Source: Pikeienuella sp.
GTDB lineage: Bacteria; Pseudomonadota; Alphaproteobacteria; Rhodobacterales; Rhodobacteraceae
Length of the DNA stretch: 64,000 bases
Assembly (NCBI RefSeq): GCF_046290545.1
Contig: NZ_JBKAGV010000005.1
Coordinates: forward strand, 109,766-173,765
Direction: 5' to 3'
A program made the translations under genes and the position numbers. Below, one piece after another: positions 17,858 to 27,612 of the stretch (position 1 is the first letter of the stretch; every line of letters begins with the position of its first letter). Under the pieces are notes generated by a model. That model made no database searches. It saw only the letters and a program-made list of their open reading frames with translations, and was not told the origin of the DNA.

Positions 17858-18211
17858 ATGCCGGGTTTCGGGCCATTCCGGAAGGGAGCCGAACGCCGGG
17901 AGCGCGCATTGCGGCGACGGTTCGAGGCGGTCAGCTCCGGCATCGAGCGTCGGGAAAGATGGCGGGCGAGGCGGAAGCGGCTGCTGATCTTCCTTGCGAT
18001 CGCCACCCTGTTCGCCGCGGTCGTCGTCGAGGCGTTCAGGCGAAGCGAGCGGCCGGCCCTTCTGACGCTGCGCCACATCGCAGCCTTCCCGAGTTGCGAC
18101 GCCGCCCGCGCCGTCGGTCTTGCGCCGGCGGCGCGCGGCGCCCCGGGCTACCACCGCCATCTCGATGCGGATGATGACGGGATCGCCTGCGAGCCCTTCA
18201 GTCGCCCCTAA
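17858..18211 (+). CDS. Excalibur calcium-binding domain membrane protein
   Basis: One TM helix followed by SCDAARAVG..P...G.PGY...LDADDDGIACE. Confidence 0.85.
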   Translation: MPGFGPFRKGAERRERALRRRFEAVSSGIERRERWRARRKRLLIFLAIATLFAAVVVEAFRRSERPALLTLRHIAAFPSCDAARAVGLAPAARGAPGYHRHLDADDDGIACEPFSRP

Positions 18212-18621
18212 TGCACCCTCGAAAGAATCGCGTCGATCTCCTCGTCCGACAGGCCGAAATGATGCCCGATCTCGTGGACGAGCACATGCGAGACCAGCTC
18301 GTAGAGCCCCGTATCCCCCCGCTCCGCCCATTCGTCGAGGATCGGGCGGCGGTAGAGCCAGACTTCATCCGGCAGGCCGCCGGAATCGACCACGCTCTTC
18401 TGCGTCAGGTCCACGCCGGAATAGAGGCCGGTGAGCTGGAACGCGTCCTCGATCCCCATCTCCTCCAGCACGTCGTCCTGCGCGAAATCCGCGACACGGA
18501 TGAGGAGCCCCTCGCAGCGGGATCGGAAGGTCTCCGGCAGGGCGGCGAAGGCGGCTTCGGCCATCGCCTCGAACTCTTCGAGATCGGGGGGGTAGAGGTC
18601 GGATTCGAATTCGTGGGGCAT
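18208..18621 (-). CDS. Minimal zincin metallopeptidase-family protein (Zincin_1)
   Basis: LTGLYSG, LYRRPIL and HVLVHEIGHHFGLSD (HExxH). Confidence 0.88.
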   Translation of the reverse strand: MPHEFESDLYPPDLEEFEAMAEAAFAALPETFRSRCEGLLIRVADFAQDDVLEEMGIEDAFQLTGLYSGVDLTQKSVVDSGGLPDEVWLYRRPILDEWAERGDTGLYELVSHVLVHEIGHHFGLSDEEIDAILSRVH

Positions 18622-18716
18622 GGCGCCGCGTAGGCCGGCCCGCGGCCCCGGTCAAGCTTCTGGACATTCCCGCGCCGCGGCGGAACAGTGCGGCATCCCG
18701 CTACAAGGAGACCCAG

Positions 18717-19871
18717 ATGGCCCCGCTCGACCGCATCACCGCCTATGCCGACGAACTGACCGCGATCCGCCGTGACTTCCATGAGAATCCCGAGCTCGGC
18801 TTCGAGGAGGTGCGGACCTCGGGCATCGTCGCTGAAAAGCTGCGGAGCTGGGGTGTCGAGGTCACGACCGGAATCGGCAAGACGGGCGTCGTCGGCGTGA
18901 TCGAGGGGAACCGGCCGGGCAAGACCATCGGCCTCCGGGCGGACATGGACGCGCTGCCGATCCACGAGACGACGAACCTGCCCTGGGCCTCCAAGACGCC
19001 GGGGATCATGCATGCCTGCGGCCATGACGGGCACACGACCATGCTGCTCGGCGCCGCCCGCTACCTTGCGGAGAACCGGGATTTCGCGGGGCGCTGCGTT
19101 CTGATCTTCCAGCCGGCGGAGGAAGGGCTCGGCGGCGGGCGGGCGATGATCGCGGACGGGCTCTTCAAAAAGTTCCCCTGCGACGAGATCTACGCCATGC
19201 ACAACTCGCCCTATCACGAGCCGGGCGTGATCGGCGTGAAGAAGGGGCCGGCGATGGCGGGCGCCAATTTCTTCGACATCACGGTGCGCGGCGTCGGCAG
19301 CCACGCCGCGAGCCCCGAGCATTCGCGGGACCCGATCGTCATCATGTCCGCCCTCGTGGGGCAGATCCAGTCCATCGTCTCCCGCAATGTTGCGGCGACT
19401 GAGCAGATCGTCCTCTCCATCACGCAGTTCCACGCGGGCGCCGCCTATAACGTGATCCCGGAGGAGGCGAAGATCTGCGGCACCGTCCGCTATTTCAGCC
19501 GCGAGACGGCGGACAAGGTCTCCGACCGGATGCGCGCGCTCTGCTCCGGCTTCGCCTCCGCGCATGAGGTGGAGATCGACTGCGACATCCGCAACGTCTT
19601 CGACGTGCTGGAGAACGACCCGGCGCTGGCGGAGGCGATGATCGGAGTCGCGCAGGAATTCGTCGGCGACAAGGCGCAGATCAAGGACCAGCTCGTCATG
19701 GGCTCCGAGGATTTCGCGGACATGCTCCATGTCGTCCCCGGCGCCTATTGCACGGTCGGCCATGGCGGCTCCGTGCCGCTGCACAACCCCGGCTTCTATC
19801 TCGATGACGGGATCCTGCCGCTCGGCGCCAGCCTCTTTGCGCGGCTGATGGAGGTGCGGGGCGCGTCCTGA
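18717..19871 (+). CDS. M20D amidohydrolase (hippurate-hydrolase-like)
   Basis: HENPELGFEE, RADMDALP, MHACGHDGH, FQPAEEG and GSEDF. Confidence 0.92.
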   Translation: MAPLDRITAYADELTAIRRDFHENPELGFEEVRTSGIVAEKLRSWGVEVTTGIGKTGVVGVIEGNRPGKTIGLRADMDALPIHETTNLPWASKTPGIMHACGHDGHTTMLLGAARYLAENRDFAGRCVLIFQPAEEGLGGGRAMIADGLFKKFPCDEIYAMHNSPYHEPGVIGVKKGPAMAGANFFDITVRGVGSHAASPEHSRDPIVIMSALVGQIQSIVSRNVAATEQIVLSITQFHAGAAYNVIPEEAKICGTVRYFSRETADKVSDRMRALCSGFASAHEVEIDCDIRNVFDVLENDPALAEAMIGVAQEFVGDKAQIKDQLVMGSEDFADMLHVVPGAYCTVGHGGSVPLHNPGFYLDDGILPLGASLFARLMEVRGAS

Positions 19872-19878
19872 CGCGCCC

Positions 19879-20988
19879 TCACCAGAAGGCGCGGGCGGCG
19901 CCGATCTTCTCCTTCTCCGCCGGCTGCGCGGGGGGCGTCTTCAGCAGCGCCTCAGTGTCCAGCCGGCGGATCGCCTGCATCCTCCTTCCGGCGACCTGGA
20001 GGGGGATGTTCTCCTTCCGCGCGCTGAGCCGCAGCGCCTTGCGGAAGCTTTCCACGATCATCCACGGCTCCGGGAGCCGCGAAAGCTCCTCCGCATAGCG
20101 CGTGAGCCACATGGCGGCGGCGGCGGCGACCTGCGGCGTGGCGTAGGAGGTGCCGGAGGGCTCGCCGTCATTGTCCTCCGGGTCGCTCCAGTGGGTCGGC
20201 TTCGCCTTCCCGTCCACGATGGCGAAGGCGGCGCGGTTCACCGGCGTCGCATAGGCCCAGATGTCGATCCGGTCCGGCTGGTTGTAGCCGCCGACGGGAT
20301 AGTGGACCTCCCGGCTGCTGATCCCGCCCACGGAGATCGCGCGGGCGTAGCCGGCGGGATAGGAAACGACGTTGATGATCTGCCCGCCCGCGGCGACAAG
20401 CGGGACGCCCGCCTCATAGGCGCGGTCGATCGCGTCAGTCGTCGCCTTCGCGAGGCCGGGCTCCGCCTTCAGGCCGTATTGCAGCAGGGCGGCGATGCCG
20501 AGGAAGCCGGGATTGCCCATCGAGATCGAAAACACCTTTGGCGGGGCGGGGTGGGCGAGCGCATGGTCGATGGCGCGCCCGATGGCCGCCGTGTCCGCCT
20601 CCCCGATGAAGACGGGGCCGTTGGCGACGCGGTAGGGCTGCACCTTCGCCCCCGGCGCGGCGCCGACGAGCGTGCCCGCCTCGTTCCCGAGGATGACGGA
20701 GAGCGTCTTGACCCCGTGGTCGGGATATTCGCCGCGCCCGTGGTTGGCGTTCAGCGGGTCTGCGGCGGGGAGGCCGCCGGTCGCCTCCGGGTCGTGAAAG
20801 TTCGCGCCCTCGGCGAAGAGGATGTTCGCCGGCGGCGTCTCGCCCGCATAGCCGAGCGCGGGATGGGGGTGGAGCCCGGTGTCGATATGGCCGATCACCG
20901 TGTCGGAGGCGGCGAGCGCGGCCTGCGCGGCGCGCCATTCGGCGTCGCCCGGTTTCGGGCCGAGATCGGTGATAAGGCGGTCGGTCAT
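19879..20988 (-). CDS. S8 (subtilase) serine peptidase with no signal peptide
   Basis: Triad motifs IDTG, DHG and SGTSYATP; SISMG; GGAG RBS. Confidence 0.85.
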   Translation of the reverse strand: MTDRLITDLGPKPGDAEWRAAQAALAASDTVIGHIDTGLHPHPALGYAGETPPANILFAEGANFHDPEATGGLPAADPLNANHGRGEYPDHGVKTLSVILGNEAGTLVGAAPGAKVQPYRVANGPVFIGEADTAAIGRAIDHALAHPAPPKVFSISMGNPGFLGIAALLQYGLKAEPGLAKATTDAIDRAYEAGVPLVAAGGQIINVVSYPAGYARAISVGGISSREVHYPVGGYNQPDRIDIWAYATPVNRAAFAIVDGKAKPTHWSDPEDNDGEPSGTSYATPQVAAAAAMWLTRYAEELSRLPEPWMIVESFRKALRLSARKENIPLQVAGRRMQAIRRLDTEALLKTPPAQPAEKEKIGAARAFW

Positions 20989-21068
20989 CGGGCGCTCCTC
21001 CTGAACCTTTGGAAAGAGGGTAGGCCTTCAGCTTCCGATTGTGGAGGGGGCGCGCAACGCGCGCAGCG

Positions 21069-21098
21069 AAAAGGGCCGCCCCTCGCGGGGCGGCCCTT
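21069..21098 (-). terminator. Rho-independent terminator of rpsF-rpsR-rplI
   Basis: AAGGGCCGCCCC-tcgc-GGGGCGGCCCTT stem followed by a T-run on the minus strand. Confidence 0.82.
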
Positions 21099-21121
21099 CG
21101 AACCCGAAGGTCCTGCGTTCA

Positions 21122-21727
21122 CTAGCGCGGCTGCTCGGTCTCGTCCGCCGCGCGATCCTCGATGATCTCATCGGTGTCCGCATCGTCCTCGAAGAGCTGC
21201 GCGACGTCGAAGGCCTCCGCGGCCTCCTCTTCGGCGCGCAGGTCCTGGATGGACTTGCCCTGGGCCTGCAGCGCCGCCTCGTCCGGAGACCGGGCGACGT
21301 TGATCGTGACCGTCGCGCTCACCTCGGGGTGGAGGATCACGCGCACGTCATGCATGCCGAGCTCCTTCACCGGGGTGGTGAGGATGACCTGCGTGCGCGC
21401 GACGGTGAACCCGCCCTCGGTGCAGAGGTCCGCGATGTCGCGCGAGGTGACGGAGCCGTAGAGCGCGCCGGCGTCCGACGCCTGACGGATGGCGACGAAG
21501 CGCGCCCCGTTCAGCGTCTTGGCGACCGCCTCCGCCTCCTTCTTCAGTTCGAGATTGCGCGCCTCAAGCTGCACGCGCTCCGTCTCGAACCGCTCCATGT
21601 TGCGCTTCGTGGCGCGCAGGGCCTTGCCCTTGGGCAGGAGGAAGTTCCGGGCGAACCCGTCCTTCACCTTCACCACGTCGCCCATCTGGCCGAGTTTCTC
21701 GACCCGTTCGAGAAGAACCACATCCAT
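21122..21727 (-). CDS. rplI: 50S ribosomal protein L9
   Basis: [21 protein letters not shown] and LYGSVT. Confidence 0.97.
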   Translation of the reverse strand: MDVVLLERVEKLGQMGDVVKVKDGFARNFLLPKGKALRATKRNMERFETERVQLEARNLELKKEAEAVAKTLNGARFVAIRQASDAGALYGSVTSRDIADLCTEGGFTVARTQVILTTPVKELGMHDVRVILHPEVSATVTINVARSPDEAALQAQGKSIQDLRAEEEAAEAFDVAQLFEDDADTDEIIEDRAADETEQPR

Positions 21728-21738
21728 GATTCAGCTCC

Positions 21739-21966
21739 TCACTTGATCGCGTAAGGCAGCAGCGCAAGGAACCGGGCGCGCTTGATGGCGCGGCCGAGTT
21801 CCCGCTGCTTCTTGGCGGAGACGGCGGTGATCCGGCTCGGCACGATCTTGCCGCGCTCGGAGATGTAGCGCTGAAGGAGCTTCACGTCCTTGTAGTCGAT
21901 CTTCGGCGCGTCGGTGGCGGCGAAGGGGCAGGACTTCTTGCGCCGGAAAAAGGGTTTCTTGGCCAT
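21739..21966 (-). CDS. rpsR: 30S ribosomal protein S18
   Basis: [26 protein letters not shown]...[13 protein letters not shown]. Confidence 0.98.
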   Translation of the reverse strand: MAKKPFFRRKKSCPFAATDAPKIDYKDVKLLQRYISERGKIVPSRITAVSAKKQRELGRAIKRARFLALLPYAIK

Positions 21967-21983
21967 GGTCTCTGTCCTCTCGC

Positions 21984-22394
21984 TCAGTCGTCGCGCCGGG
22001 GCGGCCGGGGCGGGCGGGGCCCGCGCGGGCCACGGTCGCCGCGATCCCCGCGGTCGTCGCGGTCGCGGGAGTTCTTGGCGCGGACGACGGCGCTCTCGCC
22101 TTCCTCGTGCGCGTCGACCTTCACGGTCATCACGCGCATCACGTCGTCATGGAGGCGCATCAGGCGCTCCATCTCGTCCACCGCGGGGGCGGGCGAATTC
22201 GACTTCAGGAAGGCGTAGTGGCCCTTCCGGTTCTTGTTGATCTTGAAGGCCATCGTGCGAAGGCCCCAGTACTCGAACCCGACGACCTCGCCGCCATTGT
22301 CCTTCAGCACCTGGGAGAAATGCTCGATCAGGCCCTCGGCCTGCGCGTTGGATATGTCCTGACGCGCGATAAAGACATGCTCGTAAAGAGCCAT
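21984..22394 (-). CDS. rpsF: 30S ribosomal protein S6
   Basis: [33 protein letters not shown]; Arg/Asp-rich tail. Confidence 0.97.
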   Translation of the reverse strand: MALYEHVFIARQDISNAQAEGLIEHFSQVLKDNGGEVVGFEYWGLRTMAFKINKNRKGHYAFLKSNSPAPAVDEMERLMRLHDDVMRVMTVKVDAHEEGESAVVRAKNSRDRDDRGDRGDRGPRGPRPPRPPRRDD

Positions 22395-22527
22395 GCGTCT
22401 CACCTCTGTCATGCGCGCTTCAAAATGCCGGGCGACGAGGCTTCCGGCCCGCATACGAGAGGCGCCGCGTTCAACCATTCGGAAGCCGGCGCTCCCTAGC
22501 GCGGGCGGGCCGCGGATGCAAGTCCGC

Positions 22528-23679
22528 TCAGGCGCCGAGGCGGAACGCCGTCTCCCCGTCGACCACGCCGTCCGCCGGCAGGCCCTGGTCGCGCTGGAAG
22601 GCGCGGACGGCGCTGGCCGTCTGCGGGCCGAAGACGCCGTCCGGCGCGGACCGGAGATAGCCGAGGGCGCGGAGCTCCCGCTGGAGCCGCGCCACGTCCT
22701 CCCCGCGCATGAAGGGCGAGGCGAGCCGAAGCGCGCGTGCGGGCGGCGCGCCGATTTCCGCCCCGGTCTCGGCGCCGTATCCGGCGCCGAAGCCCGGATC
22801 GTCCTCCGGGTCGGCGGAGACGATCTCGTACACGGTCCTCTCGCGGTAGGGGACGGGGCGGTAGAGCGCGCCGTCGCACAGGATCAGCCTGTCCCCGTCC
22901 GCGTAGACATCCTCGCAGGTCGGGCCTCTCGGGCGCTCGTCGACATAGACCAGCGTCGAATAGGCGAGGGGGGCGGTGAAATACCATCCCCAGAACGGGG
23001 AATAATGATACTGGCCCCAATAGGGATGCGGCGAGCGCCAGCGCGGCGGGCGGTGATAATGGGGGCGCCACCCGTGCGGGCGGCGGTCCACGACCTTGTA
23101 GCGGTCATAGCCGTGGCGCGGCCTGTCCCAGCGGCGGTCTCTGTCGCGATCTCGGTTCCAGTCGCGATCCCTGTCTCGGTTCCAGTCGCGATCCCTGTCC
23201 CGGTCGCGGCCCCGGTCCCTCTCGCGCGTTTCCCGCGCGGGCCTGTCGTCCACGCGCACCCGCGCTTCCGGCGCCGGGGCGTCGCCGCCCGGGTCTCCGC
23301 GCTCGGGGCGGTGCGGGCTCCTGAGCGCATCGACTTCGCGAAAGCCGGTGGACTGCGCCGCCTGCCGTTCCGCCTGGCGCGCCGCGCGGCGCTCCGCCTG
23401 ACGCTCGGCTTGCCGCTCCGCCTGACGCTGCGCCTGACGCTCCGCCTGACGCTGCGCCCGACGCTCAGCCTGACGGGCGGCCTTGCGTTCCGCTTCCCGC
23501 TCCGCCTGCCGTTGAGCCTGACGCTCGGCCTGCCGCTGGGCCTGCCGTTCAGCCTGCCGCGCCTCGCGCGTCTGGAGACGGGTTTCTCCAGCGCCCTCGG
23601 CGAAGGCCGCGGGCGCGAAGGGCGGAGGGGGCGCGGCGAAGGCCGTGAAGAGGCCGAGGGCGATCGCCGCCAGTTTCAT
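22528..23679 (-). CDS. Secreted peptidoglycan-binding protein with RQAE/RQAQ and RD low-complexity repeats
   Basis: Signal peptide; C-terminal PG_binding_1 motif GEDVARLQRELRALGY...DGVFGPQTASAVRAFQ..GLPADGVVD. Confidence 0.82.
   Translation of the reverse strand: MKLAAIALGLFTAFAAPPPPFAPAAFAEGAGETRLQTREARQAERQAQRQAERQAQRQAEREAERKAARQAERRAQRQAERQAQRQAERQAERQAERRAARQAERQAAQSTGFREVDALRSPHRPERGDPGGDAPAPEARVRVDDRPARETRERDRGRDRDRDRDWNRDRDRDWNRDRDRDRRWDRPRHGYDRYKVVDRRPHGWRPHYHRPPRWRSPHPYWGQYHYSPFWGWYFTAPLAYSTLVYVDERPRGPTCEDVYADGDRLILCDGALYRPVPYRERTVYEIVSADPEDDPGFGAGYGAETGAEIGAPPARALRLASPFMRGEDVARLQRELRALGYLRSAPDGVFGPQTASAVRAFQRDQGLPADGVVDGETAFRLGA
23150..23197. repeat. Two exact copies of a 24-bp coding repeat (RDRDWNRD)
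   Basis: TCTCGGTTCCAGTCGCGATCCCTG at 23150 and 23174. Confidence 0.9.
23359..23574. repeat. Degenerate 12-bp tandem repeat encoding about 18 R-Q-A-(E/Q) tetrapeptides
   Basis: Periodic CGCCTGACGCT(C/G) units; protein reads RQAERQAQRQAERQAQRQAEREAERKAARQAE... Confidence 0.85.
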
Positions 23680-23750
23680 CCGCCTCGTCACAGCGCGCCT
23701 CCCGCATGTCGCATTGACGTCACACGCACGGCCCGTCCGGTTCCGTCGGC

Positions 23751-25208
23751 TCAGCCGTGATGCGCCGCCACGGTCTTGAGCGCGGAGAAGCCGTAGAGCG
23801 CCTCGAACCCCTTCTCCCGCCCGTGGCCGGACTTGCCGGAGCCGCCGAAGGGCAGCTCGACGCCGCCGCCCGCGCCATAATTGTTGATGAAGACCTGCCC
23901 CGCACGCAGCTTTTTCGCGAGGCGCATCTGCCGCCCGCCGTCGCGGCTCCAGATGCTGGCGACGAGGCCGTAATCCGTGCCGTTGGCGATGGAGACGGCC
24001 TCCGCCTCGTCCTCGAACGGGATCACCACCTGCACGGGGCCGAAAATCTCCTCCTGCGCCAGTTTGTGGTCTGGGCGCACGCCGGAAAGCAGCGTCGGCG
24101 CCACATAATGCCCGCCCGAAGGCGCGCCCGCCACGATCTCCCCCCGCGCGGCGGTTTCGAGATCGGCTGCGGCGGCGAGGTAGCCGTCCACGATGGACTT
24201 CTGCCGGGCGGAGATGAGCGGGCCGACATCGAGATCGTCGATGGCGCGGCCGACTTTCAGCGCGGAATAGCGGCCCGCCATCATCTCCAGCAGCCGGTCA
24301 TGCACGCCGCGCTGGACGAGGATGCGGGAGGAGGCGGAGCAGGTCTGCCCCGCATTCTGGATGCCGGCGTTGACGAGGAAGGGCAGGGCCTTTTCCAGGT
24401 CCGCATCGTCGAAGACGACCTGTGGGGACTTGCCGCCAAGCTCCAGCGTCACCGGTACGATGTGCTGCGCCGCCGCCTCCTGCACCATCCGGCCGACCGA
24501 GACGGAGCCGGTGAAGGAAAGGTGCTTCACGCCGCGATGGCCGGAGAGCGCGGCGCCCGCCTCCTCCCCGAGCCCCGGAACGACGTTGATCGCCCCGGCG
24601 GGGAATCCCGCCTCCTCCGCGATTGCGGCGAAGGCGAGCGCGGTGAGGCAGGCTTCCTCCGAGGGCTTCAGCACGCAGGCGTTGCCCATGGCGAGCGCTG
24701 CGCCGACGGAGCGGCCGATGATCTGCATCGGATAGTTCCAGGGCACGATATGCCCCGTCACCCCGTGCGGCTCGCGGAGGGTGTAGACGGTGTAGCCTTC
24801 GAGATAGGGGATCGTCTCCCCCGTCACCTTGTCCGCCGCGCCGCCGTAGAATTCGAGATAGCGGGCGAGCGCCACCGCGTCGGCCCGCGCCTGCTTCAGC
24901 GGCTTGCCGACATCCGCCGCCTCGATCCGCGCCAGCGCGTCGGCGCGTTCGAGGACGAGTCGGCCCATCTTCATCATCAGCCGCCCGCGCTCGGCGGCGG
25001 TCAGCCGCCCCCATTCGCCCGCGAGCGCGGCTTCGGCCGCCTCGACCGCCGCGTCGATATCCGCCGCGGTTCCGCGCGCGATCTGGCCGACCTCGGTGCC
25101 GTCGGAGGGGTTTTCGAGCGGCAGGCGCTCCCCGTTCGCGGGCGCGCGCCAGCGCCCGCCGATATAGACGGCGTCGGCTCCGAACCAGAGATCGGGATGG
25201 GCGTTCAT
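23751..25208 (-). CDS. Aldehyde dehydrogenase family protein
   Basis: PWNYP, FTGS, LELGGKSP, NAGQTCS (catalytic Cys) and EEIFGPV; overlaps the ABC ATPase stop. Confidence 0.92.
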   Translation of the reverse strand: MNAHPDLWFGADAVYIGGRWRAPANGERLPLENPSDGTEVGQIARGTAADIDAAVEAAEAALAGEWGRLTAAERGRLMMKMGRLVLERADALARIEAADVGKPLKQARADAVALARYLEFYGGAADKVTGETIPYLEGYTVYTLREPHGVTGHIVPWNYPMQIIGRSVGAALAMGNACVLKPSEEACLTALAFAAIAEEAGFPAGAINVVPGLGEEAGAALSGHRGVKHLSFTGSVSVGRMVQEAAAQHIVPVTLELGGKSPQVVFDDADLEKALPFLVNAGIQNAGQTCSASSRILVQRGVHDRLLEMMAGRYSALKVGRAIDDLDVGPLISARQKSIVDGYLAAAADLETAARGEIVAGAPSGGHYVAPTLLSGVRPDHKLAQEEIFGPVQVVIPFEDEAEAVSIANGTDYGLVASIWSRDGGRQMRLAKKLRAGQVFINNYGAGGGVELPFGGSGKSGHGREKGFEALYGFSALKTVAAHHG

Positions 25209-26803
25209 GGCGTTCTCCTCTCAAGCGCCGCCTTCACGTCCGGGGCGGCTGCGATCAGCGCCTTGGTATAGGGATGGGCGGGGGAGCGGAAGAGCGCCTC
25301 CGTCTCCCCCTCCTCCACGATCCGCCCGGCCTGCATCACCATCACCCGGTCGGCGAGGGCGCGGACCACGGTGAGGTCATGCGTGATGAAGAGGAAGGAG
25401 AGGCCGAGCCGGGCGCGGAGGCCGGCGATGAGGTCGAGGATCTGCGCGCGGATCGAGACGTCGAGCGCGCTCACGGCTTCATCGAGGATGATGAGCTCGG
25501 GCTCGATGATGAGCGCGCGGGCGATGGCGAGGCGCTGGCGCTGGCCGCCGGAGAATTCGTGCGGGTATTTCTCCATGTCGGCGGGGGAGAGCCCGACCTC
25601 CTCCAGCGCCCGCGCCACCCGGTCGCGCCGCGCGGCGCCGCGCGGCGGATCGTCGAGCAGGTGGAAAGGCTCCGCCACCAGCCGCTCCACCCGCCAGCGC
25701 GGGTTGAAGCTGCCGTAAGGGTCCTGAAACACCACCTGCATCTTCCGCCGGACGGCGCGCGGCGGGTCGAGCGTGACGGGGGCGCCGGCGATGCGGACCT
25801 CCCCGGCCTGAAGCCGCTCAAGCCCGAGGATGGCGCGGGTGAGGGTGGACTTTCCGCAGCCCGATTCGCCGACGAGGCCCAGAACCTCGCCGCGACGGAG
25901 CGTGAGGCTCACCCCGTCCACCGCACGGAGGCGGGCGGGCTTCGTGAAGAGGGAGGCGCGGGGCAGGGCGTAGTCCCGGACGGCGCCCTTCACCTCCAGC
26001 ACCGGGGCGGGCGCGGGCGCGGCGGGCGCCGCTTCGGGCCGGTGGGCGGAGGCTTCGAAAAGCGCGCGGGTATAGGGGTGGCGGAGCGCGCGGAAGACCG
26101 CGCCCGTCTCCCCCGCCTCCACGATCTCCCCCCGGCGCATGACCGCGATCCGGTCCGCCGCGCCGGCGACCAGGCCGAGATCATGGGTGATGAACATCAG
26201 CCCCATGCCGAACTCGTGCACCAGCCCGCGAAGCAGCGCCATGATCTCCGCCTGCGTCGTGACGTCGAGCGCCGTCGTCGGCTCGTCCGCGATCAGGAGC
26301 TTCGGGCGGAGCGCGATGGCCATGGCGATGACGACGCGCTGGCGCTGACCGCCCGAAAGCTCGTGCGGATAGCGGTCGAGCGAGAAGCGCGGGGCGGGGA
26401 GGCCCACGCGGGTAAGCATCGCGCGGGCGAGCGCCTTCGCCTCCCGCCGGTCGGCGGCGCCGTGGATGAGGGCGGTCTCCGCCACCTGGTCGCCGATGGT
26501 CTGCACCGGGTTCAGCGCCGTCATCGGCTCCTGGAAGACCATGCCGATCTCCGCGCCGCGGATGCGGAGCATCTCCGCCTCCGTCTTCGCGAAGAGATCG
26601 GCGCCGCCCAGCCGGACCGCGCCGCCCGTCTCCGCCCCGTCGGGCAGGAGGCGGAGGACGGAAAAGGCGGTGAGGGACTTGCCGGAGCCGGATTCGCCGA
26701 TGACGCCGAACACCTCGCCTTCGCTGATGTCGAACGAAACGCCCTTGAGGATCGGGGCGCGGTTGATGGAGAGGGTGAGATCTTCGACCGAGAGGAGGGT
26801 CAT
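25205..26803 (-). CDS. Peptide/nickel ABC transporter, double ATP-binding protein
   Basis: Two Walker A motifs ([16 protein letters not shown]), [16 protein letters not shown] and HPYT. Confidence 0.93.
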   Translation of the reverse strand: MTLLSVEDLTLSINRAPILKGVSFDISEGEVFGVIGESGSGKSLTAFSVLRLLPDGAETGGAVRLGGADLFAKTEAEMLRIRGAEIGMVFQEPMTALNPVQTIGDQVAETALIHGAADRREAKALARAMLTRVGLPAPRFSLDRYPHELSGGQRQRVVIAMAIALRPKLLIADEPTTALDVTTQAEIMALLRGLVHEFGMGLMFITHDLGLVAGAADRIAVMRRGEIVEAGETGAVFRALRHPYTRALFEASAHRPEAAPAAPAPAPVLEVKGAVRDYALPRASLFTKPARLRAVDGVSLTLRRGEVLGLVGESGCGKSTLTRAILGLERLQAGEVRIAGAPVTLDPPRAVRRKMQVVFQDPYGSFNPRWRVERLVAEPFHLLDDPPRGAARRDRVARALEEVGLSPADMEKYPHEFSGGQRQRLAIARALIIEPELIILDEAVSALDVSIRAQILDLIAGLRARLGLSFLFITHDLTVVRALADRVMVMQAGRIVEEGETEALFRSPAHPYTKALIAAAPDVKAALERRTP

Positions 26804-27612
26804 CGCGCCCGCCTCAGCCGCGGGTCCAGCCAGTCCCTCAGCCCGTCCCCCATCAGGTTGAGCCCCAGCACCGTCAGCACGATGGCGAGGCCGGGATAGA
26901 AGGCGAGGGCGGGGTTCGAGTAGATCAGCGTCTGGCTTTCGGCCAGCATCCGGCCCCAGGAAGGTGTGGGGGGCTGCGCGCCGAGGCCGATATAGGAGAG
27001 CGCGGCCTCCGCCAGGATGCCGAGGGAGAACTGGATCGTCCCCTGCACGATCAGCAGGTTGGCGATGTTCGGCAGGATATGCTCCGCCGAGATGCGCGCG
27101 CGGCCCTTCCCCGCCACGCGCGCCGCCATCACGAAATCCCGCGCCCAGAGCGAAAGCGCCGCCCCGCGCGTGAGGCGGGCGAAGACCGGGATGTTGAAGA
27201 TGCCGATCGCGATGATGGCGTTGACCGCCGAGGGGCCGAAGATGGCGGTGATGAGGATCGCGATGACGAGCGAGGGGAAGGCGAAGACGAGGTCGTTCAT
27301 CCGCATGATGACCTCGTCGAGCAGCCCCCCGCGCCGCGCGGCCGCAGCGAGGCCGAGCGGCACGCCGAAGATCATCCCGATCCCCACCGCCACCACCGCC
27401 ACGGCGATGGAGGTTCGGGCCCCGACCATGAGCATCGAAAAGATGTCGCGCCCGAGCTGGTCCGTCCCGAACCAGAAATCGGCCGAGGGCGGCTGGAGCT
27501 TGTTCCGGATCGCCAGCGCCTCGACGTCATGCGGGGTCCAGAGGAACGAGACGAGCGCCGCGCCGACGAAGAGCGCCGAAAGGCAGGCCCCGAATGAAAG
27601 CGCCGCCCTCAT
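26800..27612 (-). CDS. Peptide/nickel ABC transporter permease (DppC-like)
   Basis: FGTDQLGRD, AARVAG...EHILPN and PSWG. Confidence 0.92.
   Translation of the reverse strand: MRAALSFGACLSALFVGAALVSFLWTPHDVEALAIRNKLQPPSADFWFGTDQLGRDIFSMLMVGARTSIAVAVVAVGIGMIFGVPLGLAAAARRGGLLDEVIMRMNDLVFAFPSLVIAILITAIFGPSAVNAIIAIGIFNIPVFARLTRGAALSLWARDFVMAARVAGKGRARISAEHILPNIANLLIVQGTIQFSLGILAEAALSYIGLGAQPPTPSWGRMLAESQTLIYSNPALAFYPGLAIVLTVLGLNLMGDGLRDWLDPRLRRAR

Noticed and set aside
23150-23197. CRISPR-like direct repeats (also the 60-bp repeat at 51434-51575 and the heptads at 31230-31430)
   Set aside because: Repeats are contiguous, in-frame and inside proteins, with no unique spacers and no cas genes
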